A stretch of 64,000 bases of DNA from Octopus sinensis (lineage: Eukaryota). The notes under the pieces were generated by a model that saw only the letters and a list, made by a program, of their open reading frames with translations, was not told the origin of the DNA and did no database searches. Position 1 is the first letter of the stretch; every line of letters starts with the position of its first letter. Shown piece after piece: positions 24,981 to 37,608 of the stretch. A program made the translations under genes and the position numbers. Location: contig NC_043010.1 in the NCBI RefSeq assembly GCF_006345805.1, positions 64,108,001-64,172,000 of the forward strand. The letters run 5' to 3'.

Positions 24981-26339
24981 TGTGTGAATATAAGGTATCA
25001 CAAATAATAATAATAATAATAATAATATTGATGCACACTGGTAGTTGTGCTACGATTAACATGTTGAGTAATTAATAATTATAATGAGCTGAGGTAGGTG
25101 AATGTTGAAAAAGTGGCCAGTGTGAATGGACCAATTCTGAGAATAAACCTGTAATAAGAATGAAAGGAGGAGGGCACTTGCCCTGTTGATCAAGCGCCCG
25201 TGGTTTTTGTGGGTTTTTCCACGAGTAGCCTTAAAGCGCCGCTCCTTATTGGGAGCTTTATTTGTTTTTCCTTGTTATTTTACTTAAACGTTCTCAAACC
25301 CTTTTGCATCGTCCTGTTTTGTCATTTCATGTTGCTTTTATATCGATCCCAATGGTAGTCATGGAATGTGAAGGTGGCTGTAGAAAATTTAGTAACAGTA
25401 ATAAATAGTTTATCTTTATCTAATACAAACCAAAGTTAACAAATTCACCATTCAAAATAGTTACAGCCTAAAGGGAGATAATTGAGAAAGACTTGAAAGT
25501 TAACGTAAGATCGTAATCATGTAAAGGAAAGTAAATATAATAAATAATCCAGAATCCTTGTCCAGTGCCGAATCAATCCCAAAATCTAATCAGTTCGTGC
25601 TAGTCACGAGATCAAGCATCCCTGAAAGTTTCATCCGAATCCATCCAGCGGTTCCTGAGTTTAGCCAGACCATTCGTCTTTGACAGTGCTGCGACAATCT
25701 GTCATCTAAAGCATTATATAAGTGTCTGGGAATGAAAAAGAGATTTATTTCAAGCAAGATGGAGCAGAAATCTCTCTATTATCCGAATGTGACGATCTCA
25801 CCCGATGCAAATCTGCCGGAGAGGTGGTTTGGGTATAGACATAGCATTGGATGCTCTACACACCAATATTCACAGGATATTTGTTCCAGTTCTTGGCGTT
25901 CTGAGTTCAAATCTCGCCATGGTTTACTTATGTCGAAGACACCTTCAGCGGTGTCCACTCTGTTACAAATATGTGGGACAGGTTTCCGGTTTGTGGATAC
26001 TTCTCTCCTTCAATATCGGAGGGCTTGTAACAGTTCAATGAAACTGTCTTTCCTCCTAACTAACAGATGAAAAGAATGTATCTCCTTTTTTTCCCGTTAG
26101 CTCTCTCTTCGCTCTTCCTTACACCCCACCCATACATTCGTACCTGCAAAGGTTGTTCGGAAAGTAATACACAGACAGGCATAACATTTTTGTTAACTGA
26201 CGCAGATCAGATTCAGATTGCTCGTAGATGTTCGTTGAGTAACTCATCCTCTATATAAAGATATTATTCAAATATAGTCATCAGAATCGATGCATTTGCA
26301 TCGTCATTGAATTCAACTCTCGAATCCTCACAGAAAACT

Positions 26340-26889
26340 TCAAGAGTGCACTGGTGTATTTACTTCTTCACAGACACTTTCATTGTGTCAGCAAATCATT
26401 GTCATCGACGATTGTCCTTCACTGGGCTGAACAGGTTTAAGATATTCGGTAGGTGACCAGTCCAATGACCAGCCCAGTGACCAGTCCAGTTTGCTGAATG
26501 TTTAATTTGTTGCCACAGATGTGCAGAGTCATGCATTCTCATAATGAATGTGGGTCGTTTTCTGATTATTATTTTGTCTCTTCATTCTAATGGCTTCTCT
26601 AAGCATTTTGAGTGTCTCAGTGTACCGTTCGCTGTTCACGGTGCAGCAGAAAAATCAAATCAAGGAGAACGACGCCCTTGTTACCCTCACCCACCGAAAC
26701 AGGCACCGTGACTGTTGGTGTCGATCAATGGTTCTTTAAGTTCTCGGGTCCCGGAGAAGAAGCGTAACATCATTCCATGGAATGTGCCCCCGTTTCCAGA
26801 CCACAAAAATACGTCCACGTTTCCTCTGTCACTGCACTGAAAATAAATAAATAAATAAATAAATAAATAAAATAAATAAATAAATAAAA

Positions 26890-26970
<81 letters not shown>

Positions 26971-27420
26971 ACGTATCTTCATTGGTTTCAAACGCTTCCG
27001 GCACACCAGTGCACACTCCCACTTTTCTCTTTCTCAAATCGGGTGTTAATCGCCGAGGTGCCCACTCGCACATTCTGATATCCAAAGTCTTCTACCATCT
27101 TCTGTAGAGCATTGTGGCCACAGCCCAGTCGTGCAGCAAGCCAACGCATTGTGACTTGTGCATCCTCACGAATTCATTCAGCCACACCCTATAAATTCGT
27201 GTCAGTGCCCGCAGATGGTGCTCTCCCAACGCATCGTCTGTCTTCAGTTATAGTTTTCCCTTCTCTAAACTTCTTCATCCAACTGTGCACATTGCTCTCG
27301 TCAATGATGTCATCTCTGCCAACAAAATATAGCCTTCTGTGGATGTCACACAGCCTGCGTCACTCTGCCGCCAGAGAACTCGACGAGGAAACGTTGGTGC
27401 AGCTTAAAAGCTCTTTATTT
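26340..27420 (-). mobile_element. second mariner-family transposase relic, interrupted by (AAAT)n at about 26841-26967
   Basis: The minus strand gives WMKKFREGKTITEDRR, IREDAQVTMRWLAARLG, LETGAHSME and TVNSERYTETLKMLREAI, with many stops. Confidence 0.75.
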
Positions 27421-27669
27421 CATTACAATGAAGAGGGACAAGGAGAAGAGTTACTAGAGAGTAAGTGGTTTGTTTTAAAGATGTGCAGTTGGAACGAAAA
27501 AATAGTTATGCCCATCTTGGCATTACTTTTGGGATAACACTGATTGTCTATGTGTGTGTATGTATACACACTCTACGTCCCTCTCACATACATACATACA
27601 TACATTCATGCATGCATGCATGCATACATACATACATACATACAATATTCATACACACACAAATATGTG

Positions 27670-27705
<36 letters not shown>

Positions 27706-28336
27706 CATCCGTCTGTCTGTCTGTCTGCCTGTCTGCCTGCTTGCCTATCTATCTATCTGCCTGCCTGCCTGTCTGTCTGTTTGTCTGTCTATCTATCTAT
27801 CTATCTATCTTACCCTCTCTTTCTATCTATTGTCTGTCTGTCTGTCCTATATTTTTATTAATTCTGCGAGACCATTGTGTATATAAACCGTGTAGATTGC
27901 CCCTTCGAGATATTTTTTTTCTCTCCAGCCGTTACTGATGGATATAATGTGCCTAAAATCCAGTCAATCACAAATTGAATATTCTCCCCTGAGAAATTCT
28001 TACGAGATCGAATCATGTTCAATACCTTATTTAAATGATTATGATGACACTGTTCACTTCATAACTGCACTGACTTGACTTCCCAAAAATCTGATTATTC
28101 GGTAGAGTAGGAGTTGCGGCCCTTGCTTGCTTTTGTACGGAGTTTTGTCTCAGCTGATTACATACATAATGCAGAACGTTCTCTCGAGGTATTATCTCTC
28201 TTTACATTGTTGACACTCTCTCGTCTCTCTCACACACAAACACACACACACTGACACACATAAAAAGACCGGCAAGTTTTCACAGGCGAAGCACTCAATA
28301 CGTAAAATGTAGACGATAAGTTTAAATACATGCACG

Positions 28337-28370
<34 letters not shown>

Positions 28371-28371
28371 A

Positions 28372-28409
<38 letters not shown>

Positions 28410-28414
28410 CGGGA

Positions 28415-28586
28415 AGCTTTACGAAAATAAACAAAAGACGAAGGCAGGTGGATTACAAACAAACAATTGTATTAGTATGGCGCTCAGGAATATAAATAAA
28501 ACAAGTCTTTTACGTTTCGAGCCTACGCTCTTCAACAGAAGGATACACAGAAAAGAAACACGGAGAGAAACAAGGAGAGAAAAAAA

Positions 28587-28590
<4 letters not shown>
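28415..28590 (-). mobile_element. (TA)n-flanked short element with minimal hammerhead-like motif at 28506-28543 (A6U variant)
   Basis: Minus strand: TCCTT CTGTTGA A GAGC-GTAG-GCTC GAA ACGT A^AAAGA. Same architecture as 6500-6534, followed by a CCTGAGCG..ATACTAATAC tail. Confidence 0.55.
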
Positions 28591-28626
<36 letters not shown>

Positions 28627-28695
28627 GGAGTAAACACATAAATGTGAAACAAGGTGGAAAAAAGAGTACTCAAATACCAGTGGTAGAGTAATATG

Positions 28696-28852
28696 CTTTA
28701 TTTAAAGCAGCAGAAAATTCAACAAAATCTGTTACTCTGAGTTTCTCGTTGCCGTTCATCAGACAGTTTTTGCTAGCAAAAACTGTCTGATGAACGGCAA
28801 CGAGAAACTCAGAGTAACAGATTTTGTTGAATTTTCTGCTGCTTTAAATAAA

Positions 28853-28853
<1 letters not shown>
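28696..28853. repeat. perfect spacer-less palindrome, 79-bp arms
   Basis: Centre TTTTTGCT|AGCAAAAA between 28774 and 28775; complementarity was read from C28696 to G28853. Confidence 0.95.
28783..28820 (+). ncRNA. minimal hammerhead-like motif in the right arm (mirror copy on minus strand at 28729-28766)
   Basis: CTGT CTGATGA A CG-GCAA-CG A GAA ACTC-A-GAGT A^ACAG. Stem I CTGT/ACAG, GNRA-capped 2-bp stem II with non-canonical A/A closing, near-palindromic stem III. Confidence 0.55.
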
Positions 28854-28907
<54 letters not shown>

Positions 28908-28922
28908 GCATACACATATTTA

Positions 28923-29146
28923 CAGTAATCCCATGACTATCGCAAGTGTTACGTTCCAAAACACCCTACGATAGGTGAAAATCCGCGAAGTAGAAGCAGT
29001 ACTGTAATATATACTTTTTTAAAATTATTTTTATAATTTGTATATATTTATTTTATTATAAATGCAAAACAACACCACGGGGGAATCGACGTAAGCTTAA
29101 ATAATAAACCGCGATAAGTGAACCGCGAAATGGCGAGGGATTACAG
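28923..29146. mobile_element. Tigger/pogo-type MITE
   Basis: TA|CAGTAATCCC...GGGATTACAG|TA: terminal inverted repeats with a TA duplication. Confidence 0.75.
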
Positions 29147-29343
29147 TATACATAAACAAAAATGCGTACACGTGCGCACGTATACATTCAATAAACTTCA
29201 GAAATCGAAATTATTGGCAATTTCTTAGAACATGAATTTATAAAAAATATTTCCAGCTTTTAATATTGCTTTTCTTTTAGTACTTTTAATATTTGTTACA
29301 TATTTAATTAATAAGCAGCTTTCTCCATTATAGCATACATATA

Positions 29344-29556
29344 CGAGGGGGCACTGAAAAGTTTTTGGTTTTTAAGGGTGTCACTAAAGGCTTGTTTGGA
29401 AGTCAAACTTCCGAGTTCTTTTACAGGGCTTTGAAAAAATGAAGGACCGCTGCAATAAGTATATGAATCTGAGAGGGGAATATTTTGAATAAAATCATAA
29501 CTGATCCTCCTATATTTTCTTTTACCCAAAGCCAGGTACTATTCAGCACTCCCTCA
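29344..29556 (+). mobile_element. internally deleted mariner derivative
   Basis: TIR-like ends TA|CGAGGGGGCACTGAAAAG and CTATTCAGCACTCCCTCA|TA; internal LEKMKDRCNKYMNLRGEYFE resembles a mariner C-terminus. Confidence 0.7.
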
Positions 29557-29731
29557 TACAGCAGAAAAATAAAATAAGCTAGCCATGCAGAAATAAACTC
29601 AGTTTCCCAGTTGCGTCCACCACTTAACCATCGCTCCTAGACAATTGAAAACTGTCTTCTTGATCGCACAAAGTGGCGAGGTGATATAATAACTTCTTTT
29701 GTTGACCACAAAGGAGCCAGAGCATTGCGGA

Positions 29732-29881
29732 AAGTATAAGAACGAGGTTCTTATAAGTATAAGAAAGTATAAGAACGAGGTTCTTATAAGTATAAGAAAG
29801 TATAAGAACGAGGTTCTTATAAGTATAAGAAAGTATAAGAACGAGGTTCTTATAAGTATAAGAAAGTATAAGAATGAGGTT
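29732..29881. repeat. 33-bp tandem repeat, about 4.5 copies
   Basis: The unit AAGTATAAGAACGAGGTTCTTATAAGTATAAGA contains the hairpin TTCTTATA-AG-TATAAGAA. Confidence 0.92.
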
Positions 29882-29889
29882 AAAAAAAA

Positions 29890-31050
29890 AATTGAAAACG
29901 TAAAGCAAGAAATTCATATCCAGTAAAAAGAAGGCGAAATCGACAACAACCGAAAAGTAAACGGTAAAATGTTTATAAGAAAAGGCCCTCTTCAAGGGAG
30001 AAATCCTTAGGATTATTCGGGCGAAAGCCAGATAATCTAACATCAAAGGTAAAGTACTTTCCCTCAGTCTTTTTTGTTTCCTCTTTATAGTTGCAGAGTA
30101 GATCCATTTAGCCTCGCCAGTCACATTGCTCTCGCTAACTTTTCATAAAATGTACAGGAAAACAATGCTTTCATATCAACTCGCGCAGTCCTCTTTAAGT
30201 GCCCCTTGACGACATTGATGAGGGCATGGCCATTGCAGAAAGGTCCTGTCTTCAAAACTTGAATCCATGCCCACAATACAGCTTTCTTCATCTTAACCAA
30301 AGGCAAATGAGGACAAGATAGAGAATGGGTTTTCACGAAAGAATCGGCTGATAACGGGATCCGGCCTATTCACCGCGAAAGCAGCTGTTTGATACGAATC
30401 CACAAGTCGGCATGCTTGGACACTAAACCAGAAGGTGGAGGAAGGCTTCATCGCTCAGCGTGATTCTAGGATGGTTTAGGTTGTTGGCACTGCCATATCA
30501 GTGGATCTTGTAACAAGCAGAAAAATCCACCCCCTACCTATACGACAGTTCACTTTCCAGGGAGAGAATTTTGTACGTGATAGAGTTTAATTTGCTCCTG
30601 GAAACATTTCAGGTGCCAAGTATCCATCTTTGATCTGCGATTGATCAAGAAGAGCAAACCTGTCAAAGAGGCAAGCTGCGGAAAGATGTGCGTCAGCCTT
30701 AATTTACCTCTATAAGTCACCTGCGACGGCATCCAAGAGCTCTTACACAAATTCTTGTCAAATCGTTATCTACCGCCAAACAATCTGACATACAACCAGA
30801 TGAAGTAACCCCATTATATAAAACTCTCCAAAAGCCCTACATATAACTCAAACTGATCGCACACAACCCCAGTTCCTGGGTTACTTTTGTGGAGACCACT
30901 TTGTTGAAAATATTTGGGACAAGTTTCCTGCCTGAGGATAATTTTCTCCTTTACTCCCATTGGTCTCAGATGACCGCAAAATAGCCATAGGTGGTGTCCT
31001 CCCTCCTCTAACAAAACCATTATAAAACGAAACAAAACAAAGCAAGCCTA
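29890..31050 (-). mobile_element. probable L1/Tx1-type LINE ORF2 C-terminal relic and T-rich 3' UTR
   Basis: HADLWIRIKQLLSR*IGRIPLSADSFVK...LVKMKKAVLWAW...ALINVVKGHLKRTARVDMK resembles recalled Tx1-like C-termini; heavily decayed. Confidence 0.45.
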
Positions 31051-31138
31051 CGACTTTATATATTCATCATTGATTCTATTCATTCATTCGATGTTATCTT
31101 ATTCCAGCCAACGATTTCATTTCGTGAGGCTTTAGCAC

Positions 31139-34100
31139 GATCCCACACGGCCCCACGCAAGCTCTCACTCATGCCTAAGCCCAAGATCCCACGCGGCCCC
31201 ACGCAAGCTCTCACTCATGCCTAAGCCTAAGATCTCACATGGCCCCACGCAAGCTCTCACTCATGCCTAAGCCCAAGGTCTCACATGGCCCCACGCAAGC
31301 TCTCACTCATGCCTAAGCCCAAGATCTCACATGGCCCCACGCAAGCTCTCACTCATGCCTAAGCCCAAGATCTCACATGGCCCCACGCAAGCTCTCACTC
31401 ATGCCTAAGCCCAAGATCTCACATGGCCCCACGCAAGCTCTCACTCATGCCTAAGCCCAAGATCTCACATGGCCCCACGCAAGCTCTCACTCATACCTAA
31501 GCCCAAGATCTCACATGGCCCCACGCAAGCTCTCACTCATGCCTAAGCCCAAGATCTCACATGGCCCCACGCAAGCTCTCACTCATGCCTAAGCCCAAGA
31601 TCTCACATGGCCCCACGCAAGCTCTCACTCATGCCTAAGCCCAAGATCTCACATGGCCCCACGCAAGCTCTCACTTATGCCTAAGCCTAAGATCTCACAT
31701 GGCCCCACGCAAGCTCTCACTCATGCCTAAGCCCAAGATCTCACATGGCCCCACGCAAGCTCTCACTCATGCCTAAGCCCAAGATCTCACATGGCCCCAC
31801 GCAAGCTCTCACTCATGCCTAAGCCTAAGATCTCACATGGCCCCACGCAAGCTCTCACTCATGCCTAAGCCCAAGATCCCACGCGGCCCCACGCAAGCTC
31901 TCACTCATACCTAAGCCTAAGATCTCACATGGCCCCACGCAAGCTCTCACTCATGCCTAAGCCCAAGATCCCACGCGGCCCCACGCAAGCTCTCACTCAT
32001 GCCTAAGCCCAAGATCTCACATGGCCCCACGCAAGCTCTCACTCATGCCTAAGCCCAAGATCTCACATGGCCCCACGCAAGCTCTCACTCATGCCTAAGC
32101 CCAAGATCTCACATGGCCCCACGCAAGCTCTCACTCATGCCTAAGCCCAAGATCTCACATGGCCCCACGCAAGCTCTCACTCATGCCTAAGCCCAAGATC
32201 TCACATGGCCCCACGCAAGCTCTCACTCATGCCTAAGCCCAAGATCTCACATGGCCCCACGCAAGCTCTCACTCATGCCTAAGCCCAAGATCTCACATGG
32301 CCCCACGCAAGCTCTCACTCATGCCTAAGCCCAAGATCTCACATGGCCCCACGCAAGCTCTCACTCATGCCTAAGCCCAAGATCCCACGCGGCCCCACGC
32401 AAGCTCTCACTCATGCCTAAGCCTAAGATCTCACATGGCCCCACGCAAGCTCTCACTCATGCCTAAGCCCAAGATCCCACGCGGCCCCACGCAAGCTCTC
32501 ACTCATGCCTAAGCCCAAGATCTCACATGGCCCCACGCAAGCTCTCACTCATGCCTAAGCCCAAGATCTCACATGGCCCCACGCAAGCTCTCACTCATGC
32601 CTAAGCCCAAGATCTCACATGGCCCCACGCAAGCTCTCACTCATGCCTAAGCCCAAGATCTCACATGGCCCCACGCAAGCTCTCACTCATGCCTAAGCCC
32701 AAGATCTCACATGGCCCCACGCAAGCTCTCACTCATGCCTAAGCCCAAGATCTCACATGGCCCCACGCAAGCTCTCACTCATGCCTAAGCCCAAGATCTC
32801 ACATGGCCCCACGCAAGCTCTCACTCATGCCTAAGCCCAAGATCTCACATGGCCCCACGCAAGCTCTCACTCATGCCTAAGCCCAAGATCTCACATGGCC
32901 CCACGCAAGCTCTCACTCATGCCTAAGCCCAAGATCTCACATGGCCCCACGCAAGCTCTCACTTATGCCTAAGCCTAAGATCTCACATGGCCCCACGCAA
33001 GCTCTCACTCATGCCTAAGCCCAAGATCTCACATGGCCCCACGCAAGCTCTCACTCATGCCTAAGCCCAAGATCTCACATGGCCCCACGCAAGCTCTCAC
33101 TCATGCCTAAGCCTAAGATCTCACATGGCCCCACGCAAGCTCTCACTCATGCCTAAGCCCAAGATCCCACGCGGCCCCACGCAAGCTCTCACTCATGCCT
33201 AAGCCTAAGATCTCACATGGCCCCACGCAAGCTCTCACTCATGCCTAAGCCCAAGATCCCACGCGGCCCCACGCAAGCTCTCACTCATGCCTAAGCCCAA
33301 GATCTCACATGGCCCCACGCAAGCTCTCACTCATGCCTAAGCCCAAGATCTCACATGGCCCCACGCAAGCTCTCACTCATGCCTAAGCCCAAGATCTCAC
33401 ATGGCCCCACGCAAGCTCTCACTCATGCCTAAGCCCAAGATCTCACATGGCCCCACGCAAGCTCTCACTCATGCCTAAGCCCAAGATCTCACATGGCCCC
33501 ACGCAAGCTCTCACTCATGCCTAAGCCCAAGATCTCACATGGCCCCACGCAAGCTCTCACTCATGCCTAAGCCCAAGATCTCACATGGCCCCACGCAAGC
33601 TCTCACTCATGCCTAAGCCCAAGATCTCACATGGCCCCACGCAAGCTCTCACTCATGCCTAAGCCCAAGATCCCACGCGGCCCCACGCAAGCTCTCTCTC
33701 ATGCCTAAGCCTAAGATCTCACATGGCCCCACGCAAGCTCTCACTCATGCCTAAGCCCAAGATCCCACGCGGCCCCACGCAAGCTCTCACTCATGCCTAA
33801 GCCCAAGATCTCACATGGCCCCACGCAAGCTCTCACTCATGCCTAAGCCCAAGATCTCACATGGCCCCACGCAAGCTCTCACTCATGCCTAAGCCCAAGA
33901 TCTCACATGGCCCCACGCAAGCTCTCACTCATGCCTAAGCCCAAGATCTCACATGGCCCCACGCAAGCTCTCACTCATGCCTAAGCCCAAGATCTCACAT
34001 GGCCCCACGCAAGCTCTCACTCATGCCTAAGCCCAAGATCTCACATGGCCCCACGCAAGCTCTCACTCATGCCTAAGCCCAAGATCTCACATGGCCCCAC

Positions 34101-35720
34101 GCAAGCTCTCACTCATGCCTAAGCCCAAGATCTCACATGGCCCCACGCAAGCTCTCACTCATGCCTAAGCCCAAGATCTCACATGGCCCCACGCAAGCTC
34201 TCACTCATGCCTAAGCCCAAGATCTCACATGGCCCCACGCAAGCTCTCACTCATGCCTAAGCCCAAGATCTCACATGGCCCCACGCAAGCTCTCACTCAT
34301 GCCTAAGCCCAAGATCTCACATGGCCCCACGCAAGCTCTCACTCATGCCTAAGCCCAAGATCTCACATGGCCCCACGCAAGCTCTCACTCATGCCTAAGC
34401 CCAAGATCTCACATGGCCCCACGCAAGCTCTCACTCATGCCTAAGCCCAAGATCTCACATGGCCCCACGCAAGCTCTCACTCATGCCTAAGCCCAAGATC
34501 TCACATGGCCCCACGCAAGCTCTCACTCATGCCTAAGCCCAAGATCTCACATGGCCCCACGCAAGCTCTCACTCATGCCTAAGCCCAAGATCTCACATGG
34601 CCCCACGCAAGCTCTCACTCATGCCTAAGCCCAAGATCTCACATGGCCCCACGCAAGCTCTCACTCATGCCTAAGACCAAGATCTCACATGGCCCCACGC
34701 AAGCTCTCACTCATGCCTAAGCCCAAGATCTCACATGGCCCCACGCAAGCTCTCACTCATGCCTAAGCCCAAGATCTCACATGGCCCCACGCAAGCTCTC
34801 ACTCATGCCTAAGCCCAAGATCTCACATGGCCCCACGCAAGCTCTCACTCATGCCTAAGCCCAAGATCTCACATGGCCCCACGCAAGCTCTCACTCATGC
34901 CTAAGCCCAAGATCTCACATGGCCCCACGCAAGCTCTCACTCATGCCTAAGCCCAAGATCTCACATGGCCCCACGCAAGCTCTCACTCATGCCTAAGCCC
35001 AAGATCTCACATGGCCCCACGCAAGCTCTCACGCATGCCTAAGCCCAAGATCTCACATGGCCCCACGCAAGCTCTCACTCATGCCTAAGCCCAAGATCTC
35101 ACATGGCCCCACGCAAGCTCTCACTCATGCCTAAGCCCAAGATCTCACATGGCCCCACGCAAGCTCTCACTCATGCCTAAGCCCAAGATCTCACATGGCC
35201 CCACGCAAGCTCTCACTCATGCCTAAGCCCAAGATCTCACATGGCCCCACGCAAGCTCTCACTCATGCCTAAGCCCAAGATCTCACATGGCCCCACGCAA
35301 GCTCTCACTCATGCCTAAGCCCAAGATCTCACATGGCCCCACGCAAGCTCTCACTCATGCCTAAGCCCAAGATCTCACATGGCCCCACGCAAGCTCTCAC
35401 TCATGCCTAAGCCCAAGATCTCACATGGCCCCACGCAAGCTCTCACTCATGCCTAAGCCCAAGATCTCACATGGCCCCATGCAAGCTCTCACTCATGCCT
35501 AAGCCCAAGATCTCACATGGCCCCACGCAAGCTCTCACTCATGCCTAAGCCCAAGATCTCACATGGCCCCACGCAAGCTCTCACTCATGCCTAAGCCCAA
35601 GATCTCACATGGCCCCACGCAAGCTCTCACTCATGCCTAAGCCCAAGATCTCACATGGCCCCACGCAAGCTCTCACTCATGCCTAAGCCCAAGATCTCAC
35701 ATGGCCCGCAAAAGCTCTTA
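31139..35720. repeat. 46-bp tandem satellite, about 99 units
   Basis: Unit CCCCACGCAAGCTCTCACTCATGCCTAAGCCCAAGATCTCACATGG. Unit starts at 31151 and 35659 are exactly 98x46 bp apart. Confidence 0.97.
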
Positions 35721-36594
35721 CGCGACTTAATATGTTCTGGTTTTTCCGAGCCTACTCTTAATCAACATTTCCTTAGCAAACCGACCCGAAAATACCTGTA
35801 GACACCCGTCTTCCTATCCACACTAACTTTACGAATTCCTAATCACCATGGAAACCACCTGCATTGTGAGTGGGACGGAGATTACAGCTGGGCAGCAGCC
35901 CAAAAAGAGGGGATGAGAGAGAGAGAGAGGGGGAGGGAGCGGGAGAGAGAAGAGAGAGATAGAGAAAGGGAGAAAGAGAGAGAGATAGATAGATAGAGAG
36001 AGAAAGGGAGAAAGAGAGAGAAGAGAGGGAGAGAGAGAAGAGAGAAAGGGAGAAAGAGAGAGAGGGAGAGAGAGAGAGAGAAAGTGATTGCAACTCTATC
36101 TCCGGCTATAAGTAAATATTATAGACTTTCTGCTGTTTATTTAGACTTTAAATTGGATATTCCAGAATGTAGACGCAGCCGGTTTTCTTACGTACGCTAC
36201 TACCAATCTATTTAGTTAGTACTAGTTATTTATTTATTTATATGTAAATATTCTCTCTCTCTCTCTCTCTCTTTGGCGAGGCTTCTGCTGCCCGAAGCGT
36301 TTAAATTATTTCATCCCATACTACAAAATTAAATATCCATCCATCTCTCTTTATTTCTGCGTGAATGTATGTCTGTCTGCCCGTTTGACTCCTCAGATTA
36401 ATCCGTTTACGTTTGCTTAATACTGTATTAGATACTAGACCCTGTCTCTTACACAGCATTCTTCTTCTTCTTCTTCTTCTTCTTCTTCTTCTTCTTCTTC
36501 TTCTCTTTTATCTTTCGCTTTATTTCTTTCATTGTATATATGTATGTATGTATGTATGTATGTAAGTGTTATGTATATATGTATGTATGTATTA

Positions 36595-37316
36595 AGCCAA
36601 TTACAGATGTCCTTGCATCTGCAGGCATCCCCTCAATTAACGCTATGATTTTGAGAAACAATATGAGATGGTGTGGCCATATTGTTCAAATGGCGGTTGA
36701 ACGCATGCCCAAACAGTTGTTTTATGGTGAGCTTGCAGAGGGGAAAAGCTATCGGCGTAAACCTAAAAAAAGGTTTACCATGAAGTCACTTGGAATGGAT
36801 CTAGAGGACATAGAAACCCTTGCTTCAGATCGAGCTGGATGGCGAACAAAAGTGTGGAGTGGAGTGAAAGCGTTTGAAGAGGCCAGGATAACGCATTGCA
36901 AAACTCAAAAGAAATTTAAGGAAGAATGTTACAATCGTGAAGGTGAATCACAATGACCTTTTTGTATTCATAGTTTGTGACAGATCATGCCTTTCTTTTG
37001 CTGGGCACAAATCTCATTTGCGAACCCATGGAAAACGAACATCCACCATCTATTCTACCTATATGTCTGTGCACACTTTTCAATCCAATGTATGCCAGAA
37101 GGTTTGCAAATCTAACGGAGACCTCAAAAGACATTTTAAGATCCACAAAGATCAGAACTTATCTGCAGCTCCTGGTGGTCCAAATCGGATATGCAATCTA
37201 TGTGGGTGGCTTTTCAGAGCATTGTCTGGTTTAAAAAGCCACATCAGATGCCATGATGGTTCTAAGGTGTAGGTACAGGAGGTGGTCAAGCTCTGCATAA
37301 GGAGTAGACAACCACT
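36595..37316 (+). mobile_element. RTE-clade LINE 3' fragment with three C2H2-like fingers
   Basis: GIPSINAMILRNNMRWCGHIVQMAVERMPKQLFYGEL..., then CDRSCLSFAGHKSHLRTH, CQKVCKSNGDLKRHFKIH and CNLCGWLFRALSGLKSHIRCH. Confidence 0.85.
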
Positions 37317-37608
37317 ATGTATGTATGTATGTATGTATGTATGTATGTATGTATGTATGTATGTATACATCTATCAATCTATACATACATACATACATGC
37401 ATACATGCATACATACATACATACATAAATACATACATACATGCATACATACATACATGCATGCATGCATGCATACATACATGCATACATACATGCATAC
37501 ATACATACATAAATACATACATACATACATACATGCATGCATGCATACATACATACATACATACATGCATGCATACATACATACATACATACATACATAC
37601 ATACACAA
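37316..37608. repeat. (TATG)n then (CATA)n microsatellite
   Basis: Seen directly in the sequence. Confidence 0.95.

Noticed and set aside
31139-35720. CRISPR-like regular array
   Set aside because: There are no unique spacers; it is a contiguous tandem satellite in eukaryotic DNA.
36937-37272. Host C2H2 zinc-finger gene
   Set aside because: The fingers directly follow RTE ORF sequence and end at a microsatellite tail, so they are part of the LINE.
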